This document shows positions 14,602 to 28,460 of a DNA stretch of 64,000 nt, piece after piece. Under the pieces are notes generated by a model. It did no database searches and was not told where the DNA came from. It was given only the letters and a program-made list of their open reading frames with translations. Each line of letters opens with the position of its first letter. The stretch's first letter is position 1. The translations under genes and the position numbers were made by a program. The DNA is from Adineta vaga (Eukaryota; Animalia; Rotifera): NCBI GenBank assembly GCA_021613535.1, contig CP075496.1:12648001-12712000 (forward strand). Direction: 5' to 3'.

Positions 14602-15901
14602 TCATGACCTTTTTTGTTCATTAAGATATTTAAAAATAACACTAAAATCACGTTTGTTCAATCCACTTGAACAAATTTTGCGATAGAGTTCAGTAGCTTT
14701 TTCAGTTAAAGGTGTTGATGCTTGAGCTTCTTCTGCAGCTTCTAAAAGATACAAAAAGAGAAATAAAAGTCATGTTTCGTTTGAGAAGCAAACGTCTATA
14801 CCAAGAGCAAGTAAAAGATCTTTTGTCATCATTTCACTGGCAAAGCCACCATTGTAATCATTACTTGATGGAACATTTGGAACAATACCAGGACATGGAT
14901 TATATGCTTGACTTGACCAACATTGACCAGTGGATGAGTTGATCAATTTCGCTAGAACTTCTTTATCAAGACCAAGTCTAATAAATAGTAATTGATTATA
15001 AAATGTTAAAGATTTAATATAAAGACTTACTTTATACCGAGATTCATTGCTTCCGATGTACCAATCATACTTAAATAAATTGACAAATAATGAATCTTTT
15101 CTAAACATTTATTTCATACCTGATACCTAGCAGGAGATTATTACAAATTTTAGCTGCTAAACCACTTCCATTTGCACCAGCATGAACAATATTTTTACCC
15201 ATTTTACTTAGAATCGGTTCAACAATTTTAAAATCATCGGGTTGAGCACCAACCATAAATGTTAATGTACCTTTTTGAGCACCGGTTATGCCTAATCGAT
15301 ATTTAATTTTTAGTAGAAATTGATTTTAAAAATGAATTGATTACTCACCACCCGAAACGGGTGCATCAACAAAACGTATTTGTTTATTTCGAGCCATTTC
15401 TGACATTTCTTTCGATGTACGTACATCAATTGTACTACAGTCAATAATACATGTACCTTTTTTCGCTACTCTAAATAGAAATTTAAGAAAATATGAGAAC
15501 AAAAAACTCAATTCTTGATTATTTTCTTACGGGAAAACATTCGATTGACAAACATCACGAACAATTTTACCATTAGGTAACATTAAAATAACAAAATCCG
15601 AATTTTCTGCCGCATTCTGTGGAAGAGAAACAATTTTTGCTTGTTCTAAACAATACTCAAATCAAGATGTCATTGATATATTACAATCAATTTGTCTCTA
15701 CTTTGTTCTTTAAAATGATCAAGTGCTTCAGGATTAATATCAAAAATTGTAACACGATGATTTGCAGCAATCAAATTAGTTGCCATATGTTTACCCATAT
15801 TTCCCAAACCAAGAAAACCAATCGATGCCTGAGACAAAAATATGTAGATCAAGTCGATGAAATTTTCTACGTACATATCGAGCGAATGATAAATGTACCA
15901 T
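14602..15901 (-). CDS. HIBADH: 3-hydroxyisobutyrate dehydrogenase
   Basis: [10 protein letters not shown] Rossmann motif, [43 protein letters not shown]. Start 15901 (alternatively 15974 via a 52-nt intron); stop 14604-14602. Confidence 0.93.
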
Positions 15902-16014
15902 GATTATCGAAAAATCTTAAAACAAATAAAATCTATTGTTTTATTTTGTCAAAATGAATCAAAGTACATGACATATTTATCCCGATAATATAAGAAAGAA
16001 AATAACAGTAGTTA

Positions 16015-17089
16015 TTAAATATATTTATAAAAATCCTGAAAATTCATCGGTTGTGCACGATTAACATACAATTGCCAAGTAAAAAATGTCATTAGACTAC
16101 ATAGAAGACCATTGAGAACGCCATCGATTATTTGTGATACTGAAGAGAAAAGAAAGAAATCATTTAATTTTCTTGTCTTTTTATGCTTACAGTATCCTTC
16201 TTCTTCTTCTTCTTCTGCTTCTCCGCCATTGGAATTTTCTCTTCTTTCTTTTTTCGGAATATTTTCTTTAAGATTAGCTTGTTCATTTGCTTCTTTTTGT
16301 CGTTGTTCTTTTTCTAATGATCGTTTTTGAGCAATTTCTTGGCGTTTTAAACGTTTTTCTTCTCGTTCTTTTTCGGCTTGCTTTTCTCGTTTTTTCGCTT
16401 TTGCTTTTTCATTTACTTGTTTTTTCTTTAATTTAATCGCTTCTTCTTTTTCATATTCTTCTTTACGTTTCGTTGTATATTCCAGAACCTTTTCTGCACA
16501 TAAACGACACTGTTTCTTATCCAAACATTTGCCCGCTTGATTTTGTAAATCTAGTTCTAACGGATTATTTTTTAAATCTAAATACTAAAGTGAAAATATG
16601 TCGTTTTCATTTTGAGAAATTCAGAGAAATACTTACGTCAAGTTTTGTTAAATCAGAAAATGAAAGTGGTAAATCACTGATACGATTATTGTATAGATCA
16701 AGTTGTTTTAAAGATTTTAATTGACCGAAATTATCGGGTAATTTTGTAAGACGATTCTTTGACAAATCCAATGTATGAATATGGTTATTTTCAAGTTTAA
16801 TAAAATCATCCTAGAAAATAAAGAAAAAAGATTTTATTTCAGGCGAGATTGGTTCGTAGAAATACATGCGGGCAAAGATTCGATTTGATTGTTAGATAAA
16901 TCGATTGATTTTACATTACGTAAGGCTAACTAAAGAGAAATTATGATGTAAATGAAAGAAATAGTTTAACGAGAATTGACGTACGATATCGTTGATATTT
17001 GGAACTGATTTTAATTCAAGAATTGATAAATCAAGTTTTCCATCATCTCTCAGATAATCTTTTAATTTTAAATTCGATTTCGAAGACAT
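16015..17089 (-). CDS. LRRC59: LRRC59-like protein (LRRs, charged coiled coil, C-terminal TM)
   Basis: LDLSILELKSVP, IDLSNNQIESLP, LDLSKNRLTKLPDNFGQLKSLKQLDLYNNRISDLP, AGKCLDKKQC..CAEKV, K/E-rich coil, hydrophobic tail. Confidence 0.85.
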
Positions 17090-18011
17090 TGCGTTTCGTG
17101 TAGTTTTCGCGAAATATTTGTGTATTGAAATGATTTTGGTTCACTATTAAAATAATATGATTGGAATAAATAGGATGCTATCAACATCGTGTACACGTTG
17201 GTGGTCGAATGAAAATATCTTACGATAAAAAATGGTAAATCAATGAAGAATTTTGCATGATTTTCGTGTTTTTTAGAATATTTTAAATTATAAAAACGGA
17301 ATTCATCAAACTGGACAATTAGCGCCATCTACAAAAACGTTTTTCGTAGGTGTTTGATTAGATTTATTGATAAGTTGCGAGTTAAACTTGGTCTACAAAA
17401 GTTAATGAGATTATAATACGTAATTTAATATTTCGATTAGTTAGATATATAATGATAACATTTAGTTTGTGGGATATAATGAAAAATTGATTTTTTTCTC
17501 AATCAGAATCGAAAAAATCTAGTTCTAAACTCACCTATGATATTAATTACCTAACCTATTCTCGTCTGATTTACGAGTAACTATATAAAAACCTAAACTA
17601 TTCGATTATAAACACGGATGCCAAGAGAATATTTTCAATGAGTAGCGTCATCTATTTATTTGATATTCATGACTTTTTTAAATGATACATAAGCATCATA
17701 TTTCGAAATGAACAAAATAAGATTTTGAACGAAACAAATTATGTTTTAATTTGAAAATTTTTCCCCAAATTTTTTGTTCCAAAAATATAAGACATATTCT
17801 CACGTTTGCATTACATTTATCATTCTATTATATATTCTCTTTTGATCATCATTAGAGCAATGTACATCCTCACTCTCAATGCCACATTTTTTTTTCTTCT
17901 ATAATACATATCAATAAGATATATTCTTATATTTGCTATTATAATTTATTTAATACATACATACTTATTCTTTTCAATCTTGATCGTTTTAATTCTTTGA
18001 TTTTTAGAGAA

Positions 18012-19408
18012 ATGACATCGTTTACAAGTGCATTTGGTTCGACCGATCAAGAACGAACGTATTCGAATGATTTCGGAACGAATTCAACTAATCATAATCA
18101 AGAATCGATTAATTTCTCTACAATAGATCTTGAACAACGAACAACTTCATCATTTAATAATCATCCTTCACTCTATGTTAGTCTCAATGACGCAGCAACA
18201 TTCCAAACTGATTCATCATCAACGGCTGGTGCCATATCTAATACGCCATTACCTTTTCCTTCAAGTAAAAAGAAAACTTTTCTCTCTCTTCCAAAACAAA
18301 TCACATTGAAAGTTTCTTCTTTCGAAGGCACAAATTTTTCGTCAAATTCAATGACAACAGATCGGCGTATATCTATCCCGGATATGTCGAAATTATCAGC
18401 TTCATCTGCTGCTGCCGTTGCTGCTGTTGGTCCAACAATCGATAAATTCAAACGATGGAGTCGAACAACATACAAATGCACTAAACAATCGATCTTCGAA
18501 AAAATAGGCAAAACATCACGTACAATTAATGTTGAACTTGATGCTCAAATCGAAGTTTGTAGATAGGAAACAAAATTTTAAAATCATGTTATTTATTTGA
18601 TATTTTCAGCATCTTAGAGAAACGAAACGTCGGTATGAAAATATGCTTGCTTTAGCTCGAAGTTATGCAAATCATTTCTATAATTTAGTACAAACACAAA
18701 AGGCTCTGAGTAAAGTTTTTTGTTTTCTTCGAAATTACTGTTCTTTTCTAATTGTGAACTTCTTTCAGGCGATCAATTTATTCAATTAAAACAAAGTTCA
18801 CCCGTTCTTTTCGATGAATTTAGTTACAATGCCGAAACTCAACGATTATTAGTACAAAACGGTGAAATATTATTTAATACATTAAATCATTTCATTTCAA
18901 CAATGAATACACTCTGTACGAAAACAATGGAAGATACAGTTACTACAATTCGATTATATGAAATGGCAAGGTAAAGATTTTATTATAGTAAAATGAAATA
19001 CGAATGAACAATGTTTGTTGTAGACTTGAATACGATGCATGTCGAGCAGAAATAGCCATTTTACCAGCAATAGCACGATCAAATGAAAAAGAATATGAAT
19101 TGGAAAAATACAAAGAAAAATATGAACAATTAAAAAGTGATATTAGTATTAAAATTCAACTTCTTGATGATAATCAGGTTTGAATTTCTTTTAAAAGAAC
19201 TTTCTTCTATTCTCTCATGAAATTCTTCTATTTCTAGACAAAAGTTATGAAACGACAATTAGTTCTATTTCATAATGCAATAGCTGCTTACTTTTCTGGT
19301 AATAAAGACGCCTTAGACTCAACAATGAAACAATTCCATTTAAAAATATCTTCGAATGAAAATTCTAATCAACAAGATAAATCATTTTTAGAACAAATTC
19401 ATCATTAA
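18012..19408 (+). CDS. ARFIP2: Arfaptin (AH/BAR domain)
   Basis: KFKRWSRTTYKCTKQSIFEKIGKTSRTINVELDAQIE, FSYNAETQRLL, TLCTKTMEDT, KVMKRQLVLFHNAIAAYFSGN. ARFIP1 vs ARFIP2 cannot be resolved. Confidence 0.9.
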
Positions 19409-19600
19409 TCTTCGTTTTTTTAATACAGCTCTTTTATCACTTCGAATTCTTATCATTTGTCATTGTTCTTGTTGTTTTCTCTAATGCAATGTATATTCGG
19501 TAATATTTGTTTTATTCTTTTTTCGAAAAAACAACCACACGCAAAGAATTGAATAAATTTTTATAATCATTTGTATCGATTCTTTCCTTTCTTTTCAAAG

Positions 19601-20257
19601 ATGAATTACGATTGTATTGTTATACCGGGTGGTGGTGTCGATGATAATGGATGTCCATCTCCATGGGTAGCGGCACGATTAGATCGTGCTATTGAAATGG
19701 CATCATCGACATGTTACTTTCTCGTTTTAAGTCGAGGTACAACACATCGTCCACCGGTACTTGATAAACATTCGTTTCCTATTGATGAAGCATCAGCAAG
19801 TGCTGCTTATTTAATTGAACGAAATATTCCATCGAACAAAATTCTAATTGAAAATTGGTCATTAGATACAATTGGTAATGCTTATTTTGCTCGTCAATGT
19901 ATTCTTGAACCAATGGAATTATATCGTTTAGCAATTATTACAAATGAATTTCATATGACACGAACAAAAGTTATCTTCGATTGGATTTTTTCATTAACAA
20001 ATTCTGATAAAGATCGTTGTGAAAAATATCATTTAAATTATTTTACTGTACGTAATCAAGATATGACTGATGAACAATTAATTGCTCGAATTGAAAAAGA
20101 ATCTCTCGCTTGTGAAGATGTTAAAATCAAAGTTCAACAAATGACAAATCTTTCTCATATCGCACGATTTTTATTTCTCGAACATGGAGCATACAAAGCT
20201 AAACATATTCATTCACGTCGAAGTCAATTAGATTCTTTAACTGCATCAACATATTAA
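19601..20257 (+). CDS. DUF218/YdcF-family protein, intronless, horizontal-transfer candidate
   Basis: IVIPGGG..RLDRAIE..SRG..EA..YL..IP..ILIENWSLDTIGNA..IITNEFHMTR matches the YdcF/ElyC/SanA pattern. Single exon; ATG directly after AG at 19599-19600. Confidence 0.85.
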   Translation: MNYDCIVIPGGGVDDNGCPSPWVAARLDRAIEMASSTCYFLVLSRGTTHRPPVLDKHSFPIDEASASAAYLIERNIPSNKILIENWSLDTIGNAYFARQCILEPMELYRLAIITNEFHMTRTKVIFDWIFSLTNSDKDRCEKYHLNYFTVRNQDMTDEQLIARIEKESLACEDVKIKVQQMTNLSHIARFLFLEHGAYKAKHIHSRRSQLDSLTASTY

Positions 20258-20342
20258 TCTTAGTTTAATAAAGATCTGTATATTTTATATAAAGATTTAT
20301 GCCCACACACATGAAACATTGAAAAGAAGAACAAAAGCGTTG

Positions 20343-22625
20343 TTATTTTGTTTGACGAATTATATCTAAAAGACGACCTGCATTGACTTTTTCATTTGTA
20401 TTGATTTTTTTCTTCATAAATATGATACGATTCTTCATATCGCCTATTTGATCATCGAAATCAAGTAATGCAGCACGAAGTGGTTCGAGATTTTGATCTG
20501 TTGTACTAAAAATTTTCATCATTTCGAATATTTCGACTTATTTCAAATGATTCTGAAACTTACAATTTTTCTTTTCGTAAATCAACAATTGTTCGTTTAT
20601 ATTCATCTGTATATTGCTGCATTTCTTTAGCCATTGTTTCATAATCTTCTTGAAGATATTCGAGTATTTTACCCAATGGTACAACACTAAAATTTGTATT
20701 TTTGTTTTTAAAACAGAAGGTTTTTTAGTTCATCAAACAAACCTTTTAGTTAATGATTGAATTGTTTCACGAAGTTTATCAACATCTTTTTGAATCTTTT
20801 CACGTTCACGACGACGTTGTGCATCATTTTGTGCAATAGTTTTCTAAAAGAAAATATTGAATGAAGAGTTGTTTTCTATTCAGTCAAATGTTTACCACAT
20901 CTGCACGTTGTCCAGCAATTTCACTTCCATTTTCTAATTTCTTTTTAGAATTCATCATTACTTTTACTAATCCACCATGTTGGTCACCATCTTCATCATC
21001 TTGATCACCTCCACCATTACGAGAATCGAAATCATCTTGTTTCTATTTACAAAACGAAAACAAGTAAATATTCATTCAAAATCAACTTGACATCTTTACA
21101 AATGATTTGGTGGCTGAAGGTTTTTCTTCTTGTATAAGAAAATTGTCATCATCATCATCATTGTCATTGTTCATGTCATTGTCACGAGTATCTTTACTTT
21201 CAATAATTAATGTACCTTGACCACGTTGTGCTCCACTCAATACTCTATTGTAAAAAGTCAAAAGTCAATCAGAATGTTTGAAAAACGAAATAACTCACCT
21301 TCCTGATGGTGCACCCACCTCATCCGATGAAGTTTGGGTGATTAGTTTACTTCGTTTGGCTGCAGTAGTAGGTCGAACAAGTGGTCGTCTGAATAAAAAA
21401 ATGAAGATAAAATGTGATATCAAAAATCAGATAAAATGATTACCCATCATTGTCATCTCGATCTGTTGAAACTAAGGTTGGAGGTTGTCGTGATGGTTGT
21501 TCAGCTAGAGAATAAGAAACTTTTATTTAAGACAAGATTACATAGAGTCAAAATAACATACATTTCGGAGATGATGGACGATGATGACTACCACTCTCTT
21601 GATGTTTTCGTGTACCTTTTGCGGATGTTGGCCGTGTTGGTCGACGACTTTTCGAATCATCATCATCCTGAAACGGATGTTAAAGATAGTTTAAATGAAA
21701 ATAAAACGTTTCTATTTATCAAACTTTTCTGTCATTGTCATCATCATCATCTTGTCGTTTATGTGAAGCTGTTGGTCTTCTTTCTTCACTATCACCATCA
21801 TCAAGTCCACGAGATTCTCGTCGTTTTTTCGAATGACTACTTCCATCTGTATCACCTTTTTCCTTTTTAAGAAAAAAACAATTTTCCAAAACAATTCATT
21901 GTATCGATTCGAATCAACTTACTTTACTATGATCTTTTGATCGTGATTTTTTTTCCGATGATGATTCTTCACGATCACGATCACGTTCTTGAGATTTACT
22001 TGAACGTTCTTCTTTTGATCGACGTTTTTCCGAATTTTCTCGATCTCGACTAGGTGCTGGTTCTTCATTTTCATTTGTTTCACCTAGACTCTGTAAAGTT
22101 TTTCGTACAACTTCTCGATTGTCAACATTTGATTTAATCGCTTCTGCAAGAGCTTGTAATAAAAGATTAGTTTTTTCTGCTTCTTGACCAGCGAGAATTT
22201 TCGAAACACGTACTTCAGGTTCTCTTTTAACAGCAATATCTAAATAAAATAATTTTCAATAGAAAATTTCATGTTCTTCATTCTATTCAACAAGATTTAT
22301 ACTAACAAACAGCAGTGACAAGTTTTTTCATAAATAATGTTTTATTATCACGACCTTCTTTAAGATAAGCTGATGTAAGTTCTTCATCGGAATATAATCC
22401 TTGAAAAAATTCTGTTTTTTTCATCACCTAAACAATATATAGTAATATGTACGATGAAAAGAAAAATCTGTTCTGATTTAATTGACATACAGATTTAACA
22501 ATATCTTGAAGAAATTGTACTGGTGGTCGATTGAGAAGTTTTTCCGTTAATGCAGGTGCATTAATTATTTGACCAAGAGTATCTTGCGTACGTTTTATAA
22601 TATCTGGATCAACAGAGTCACCCAT
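20343..22625 (-). CDS. TRAF3IP1: TRAF3-interacting protein 1 / IFT54
   Basis: MGDSVDPDIIKRTQDTLGQIINAPALTEKLLNRPPVQFLQDIV, SKILAGQEAEKTNLLLQ, charged linker, HGGLVKVMM, PLGKILEYLQEDYETMAKE. Confidence 0.92.
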
Positions 22626-22698
22626 ATTTATGTAATATCAACTATTTGAATCGTATAAAGTTCAAAGAAATGACCATGAATGACGATGATTCTCAATG

Positions 22699-22711
22699 GT
22701 TGCTTAGGAAC
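22699..22711. promoter_or_regulatory. RFX X-box-like motif upstream of TRAF3IP1/IFT54
   Basis: GTTGCTTAGGAAC ~75 nt upstream of the ATG of an IFT-B gene; IFT genes are established RFX targets. Confidence 0.6.
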
Positions 22712-25234
22712 AGATGTTGACTCACCTTGTATAGGTAGAATCAGATGTCGTTAGAAATCATTCACAATTGTTACATCGTTTATTTAAAAAACAGAAATTT
22801 GAGATATTCTTGAATACTAGTCACTTTCTTTCTATTGTTTACTTAAACATAATGTACATGACAATAAGAACGAAAGTGTACTTAAATTAATACGATCACT
22901 TCATCATTCTTTCAATTAACGAGACAAACAAAAAGAAAGAAAAGTTGATACATGTATTTCAAACAAATCATATTCAATACCTATCAAGTTCAATATTCTC
23001 TTTATATCATGTGAATCGTATAGTTATGACAAATCGAATCTTGAACAATTGTAACTAAATATTTAAACATATGTCCTTTATTCGATTGAAAGGAAGATGT
23101 TATCCGGATATGAAAAACTCTGTTAACTAAGAATTATTCAAACGGTATAATGAAATTGTGTTTTTTTTTCAACAAATCTATTCTTACAATAAATTCCTCG
23201 AGGCATTTTCTCCTAACATATCCGGAAAACGATCAATAATCTTTACAGACAAATGTAATCATCCTTTAAGAGAAAAATTCATATTTAATCTCTTTAATTT
23301 GATATTTGACCTTTATATTTTTCTTCTATTCATACTTTCTCTCGTTTTCTTGCTTCAAGATTATCAAATGAAAAACAGTGTTGATGTATATAGTTTGATA
23401 AATTGATGTTTACCTTGGAAATTTATTGAAATTCTGTATTCACATATCGTTCATGAATGTCTAATTGTTCAAACATGTTGAAATGATAAACGAAGATGAG
23501 TTGCTGATATTGTTGATGTTGTTTTTCTTTTCTTCAATTTCAATTCTCTATGTATATATTTAGGAAATGAATCGCAACTGACAGTTGTTATCAGTCAGAC
23601 AGGCTGATTATCAGACGAGTACATCATATCTAAATTCATTTCGATGTTTAATGATCGGTGACTACTTCGAATTTTTAAGTTGATTTGTTTTCTTATTCTT
23701 GTGTTTTATTTTTATAAAAGCAAAAAAATAACAACTAATGTGACAATGATCATTTAATCTTAACTTGAGCTGTTGATCAAACAATCTCTGATGGGTGTCG
23801 AATCCGGTGCGAAAAGGTTGTCTTCTCTCTTTCTCTCTCTCTCTCTCGTTCTATCCATCTCGTCTTAGTTATATTTGCTTTTTTAGAGTAAATGTGAGTG
23901 GCTAATGTCGATGTATGTGTCAATATGTAATTCAATGATGACAGTCAATTAATCCTGTCCGGCTTTCTTTTCAATATTGATTGTCATGTTTTGAAAAAAT
24001 AAGACAAAAAAATGAAAGAGATTTGTTTTATTGTTTGTCTGATAATGTTATTGTTTTGGATAGTTTTTGAATCAATCAATTGTGTGTCTGGATGTATGTG
24101 TATATGTGTACATAAGACGACGTTTATCATATCAAAAGACAAGAATGAAGACACGAAACTGATCTATAGAGAATTCAATGAACAATACAATAATAACAAT
24201 ATTTTCGAAAGCAAAACGTAATTTGATGCGCTAAAAGATGTGTATATAATGATGAAAAAAACGAAAATCTATCTGCCGCATTTGTCTTGATCATTATTGA
24301 AATTGAAAAATGAGAGAAAGAGAAAGAAACGGAAGCATCTTCGATTATGAAATCATTGTGCTACGTCGCCCATCATTACGATTCAATGGTGCGTTACTTC
24401 TCGTCTGACTGTGATTGATTAATAATCGACTGTTTTGCCTACGTCAGCAGGTGCTATTATTTTCCTACTTAATCATACATTTGTAGCCCCGAAGTCAAGC
24501 TTATCAATATACACAGATTACATCGTTCGATGAGTTTCTTTTATGAAAGGCAAAAGAAAAAAAATGATGATGATGATGATGATGAGAAGAAGAAGAATAA
24601 GTGGAAGAAGAAATCTTCGTCAACGAGCCTTTTTTCTTGTTATTGTCATTGACATAAAGATGCTTTATATGTTCTTCATATTTCATTCCGAGTAAAAGCA
24701 AAGAGGAAAAAAAGAAGCACTAACGATTTCCGCTTTTTTTTTTCTTCATTTCTTTCTTTCTCGTCGTCTTCTCTGTATTTCTTTTACTTGCCTTCTTTTA
24801 TTTCATCTATCTATCTCTGATTGGTAGATGAGAAAAAAAGAAATATATATATTTGGATATAGACATATATATATATATATATATGTTTCTCTTTCGCTCG
24901 ACAGCTTCTTCTCTCGCACCAATCAGTGCATTCGACCACTCAGAATTAATGGAAAGAAAAGAAAGATTTTATTAGATTTTTTTCTTGTTCTTTTATAGGT
25001 CATTGATTTGTAAAAAAGAAGAAAAAGAAAACGACGACCGTTGCTGGCCACATTTATCGTCATTTATTCTTCTTTTTCTTGTCAATTTTTTTCTTCATCT
25101 TCTTCTTCTTCTTCTTCTTCTCAGCCTTGTAACTTGATTCAATCAACACACATTATCCTAGTGTATGTGTAGTTAAAGATTTGCATAAGCAAGCGATAAA
25201 CGAGAATATCTCAATATTCGTTTTACAAAAGAAA

Positions 25235-27769
25235 ATGCGCATCATGTCACATGAACATAGTCCAACAGGTGATAGTAATTCTTCGACAAGTGCTTTATCT
25301 CCTGGTTTATCACCACCACGAAATACAATTTTACAAGGCAAACTTTATGAACATGATCGTCGTGGAAGTATATGTTCACAACATTCATCTTATTCAATGA
25401 AATTCGAAAAAACAACTTATGAATCTGCACCTGTCGCACGAAATACAGCAGAAAATAATCAAGTACGAATTATTGATTATCGTGGTACAAAATTAACAGC
25501 ATTTAATGTTGATGGTAGAGAATTAATCTGTTTACCACAAGCATTTGATTTATTTTTGAAAAATCTTGTCGGAGGTTTACATACGGTTTATACAAAACTA
25601 AAACGTTTAGAAATCATTCCTGTTGTTTGTAATGTTGAACAAGTTCGAATCTTACGTGGTCTTGGTGCAATTCAACCTGGCGTTAATCGCTGTAAATTAC
25701 TTGCACCAGCTGAATTTGATATTCTTTACGATGATTGTACAAATTCAGGGTAAGAAAAAAAAAGAAGAAGAAGAAGATTATTAACATAAATATAAAGAAA
25801 AAACTTGTTTGAAAGATTTCAATCTGTCAAAATTTGTAAGATGAGATTGTTGATTGAAAAGAAAGAAAAGAAAAACATTTTAACTTGAAGAGATGTTCTT
25901 CATGAAAGAGACAAGAGGATGTGCAATGAAATGGAAATGTCTTTGAACAAACAATATCGGAAAACATATATGAGATACTTATTGATTAATTAATTCTTTT
26001 TCTTTGTTTAATTAGTTCTCGACCTGGTCGGCCACCGAAACGTAGTTCAACTCAGCATCTTGATGAATGTTTAGAAGATAAACGTATGAAATTATCATCA
26101 ACTCTTTTACTTCGTTCATTTCCTGAATTTGCCAATCAAGGTAAAAGAAAAATCGCAGAAAATAAAATATCAACATAAAGACTTTTTTTTAGCTTTCAAA
26201 TATCCGGTTCATTCAAATGGTTATTTATCTGTTCCACCAACGAATGGAAACCAATCGTCTTCATTTACACATTCATTTGGTTATTCAGCATTTGCACCAA
26301 CATTACCAATACATTTCCCAACCAATCATCATCATCATCATCAACAACAACAACATCCACCACATCTTCTAGGTGAAAATCGTACGACACGTTTAAATGA
26401 ATCAAATTATAAATCACCACCATCATCGTCATCTTCCTCACTTGCAACTTCAACATCATCTCCATCACATCGAGCTCATTCTTCAAGTAAATAATGATAA
26501 AAAAAAGAACCTATTCACATTCAATTAGAATAAAATCAGCTTACATACTCAAGTTTCAAATTACTTTTGACTTGAAATCTGAAGAAAAAGAAAGACAGAT
26601 TTGTTTCTCTCTTTTGCTTTTTTCAAAAGATTTACCCGAGTGGAATAATAGGAAGAATAATAAGAACAACAATAATAATACGAACAAAAAAGAAACGACA
26701 ACGTCAATGACTTTCTCGTTATCCACCCCGTCAACCTGTTCTTGCTGTCAAAATCTATTTGAAATATCTTCGTTTTTTTTTATTATTCATTTAGACCGAA
26801 AGTAATGGTTTCCGTTTTCACGAATCCCCTATCGACAGAAAGAAAAGAACCCGCTAGTCGTCGTTATGAGTTCATTATTATCGACACGCGAAACAAATTA
26901 AATCATGTCACGGAATCTCACTGTGAAAAGAGCGACTATATAGATACCCTTAAGGCAATGATTTCTTTTTTCAAATTAACTCGACTTTGTCTACTTTACA
27001 TCTAGCAAAGAAAGAAAGATCATCGGATAAGCATTATCATGTCTCTCTCTTTTTTTATTCTCTTTTGCTTTATTTAGATGAATTACGTTCCTTTACAATT
27101 GATGCAATGCTTAGTAATAACAATGGAAAAAATCTCAATAAAGAAAATTCACAACGAGGTATGTGATTGATTATTAACGACTTTGATAACCTTCTCAATT
27201 AGATCGATTAATAAAACCGATTGATCTTTCATCAACATCAACTGATATATCTTCACCGACAAATGAACAAACACCACCACCACCACCGATACCAATATCA
27301 TCGACATCCTCCAATTTACCGACAGCAGCTACATTGAATTTTTTTCATATGAAAAATATAATCGAATTAACGGTTGAAAGTGCTCGTCTACGAGAAAAAC
27401 AATTAGAAAATGAAATTGGTAAAATGAAAACACAATTTGATGTGATGATTTTGATTTTATATATTTTATAGTTGATTTACGAAATGAATTAACAAAAGAA
27501 CAAGGTTCTCGACAAAAACTTGAACAAGATATTCTTGAATTACGACGTATTCGAAGTAAAAAAAAACGAAGAAATTCAAATAAAAAAATCTTCTCTAATT
27601 CATTTTTCTAGATGTACTTATTAAGAAATTAAAACGTCTCAATCGATCTTCATCATCCACAGGAAACTGTTCTAACAGTAATGGTGATACAAAAAGTAAA
27701 TAAAAACTTCTTTCTAATCAAAAAATTTCTCTATTTTCATTTTTATTCTTAGATGAAATATCATCATGA
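25235..27769 (+). CDS. dac: Dachshund family transcription factor
   Basis: DD1 domain ICLPQAFDLFLKNLVGGLHTVYTKLKRLEIIPVVCNVEQVRILRGLGAIQPGVNRCKL, then SRPGRPPKR and a reduced DD2-like coiled coil. Stop 27767-27769. Confidence 0.93.
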
Positions 27770-28460
27770 TTGATCAACAATTCAATATTCTTATCTTCAG
27801 TAGACAATAGACATATAGTGATGTGACTATCACAATGATGGACTTGAACACATCGAATCTCCGTTTACTTTTGTCCCTTTTTTTCTCTTCTTTCTTTCTT
27901 TCTTTCTTTCTCATTTTATCTGTGTATGCACTTCGTTTTCTTTTTCTTACATATTCATGGAAAAGCTCACTTATCGAAATTTTTGTATGTTTGTGATTTA
28001 AATACAAGGAATTATTTAGCAAATAATTCACATTCTGTACACTTGAACAATTCTATGTTTGATCAAATTCAAATAAAAAGAAAAATATCAAAACAATTTT
28101 ACTTTCTTCTTCTATCAAACATCATATATATACATAGAGTTGAACAAATATAATTTATTGAATCTTTCTAACGGTGACATCTGTCGACATATAATAATCT
28201 ATGGTTATAATTTTCTTCCAAATTGAACCTAAACAACAGTAGATATAGGTAACAACTGTTTGTTCGTACTTTCTTATGACGATTTAATTCTAATCAAACG
28301 TTATATGAAATCAATTATTTGTTTATTTCCTTTCTCTTACATCTGTTACACTTGATAAAACTATGACTCAGATTTCTACTTCATCGACAGATTTTTTTCC
28401 GAAATATATTAATCGTTTTTTGTTTTAGATTAAAATTATTTTCTTCATTCCTTTAACAAT

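Noticed and set aside
13615-14624. Phe/Leu-rich ORFs between the HMG gene and HIBADH
   Set aside because: T-rich 3'UTR sequence with no coding features.
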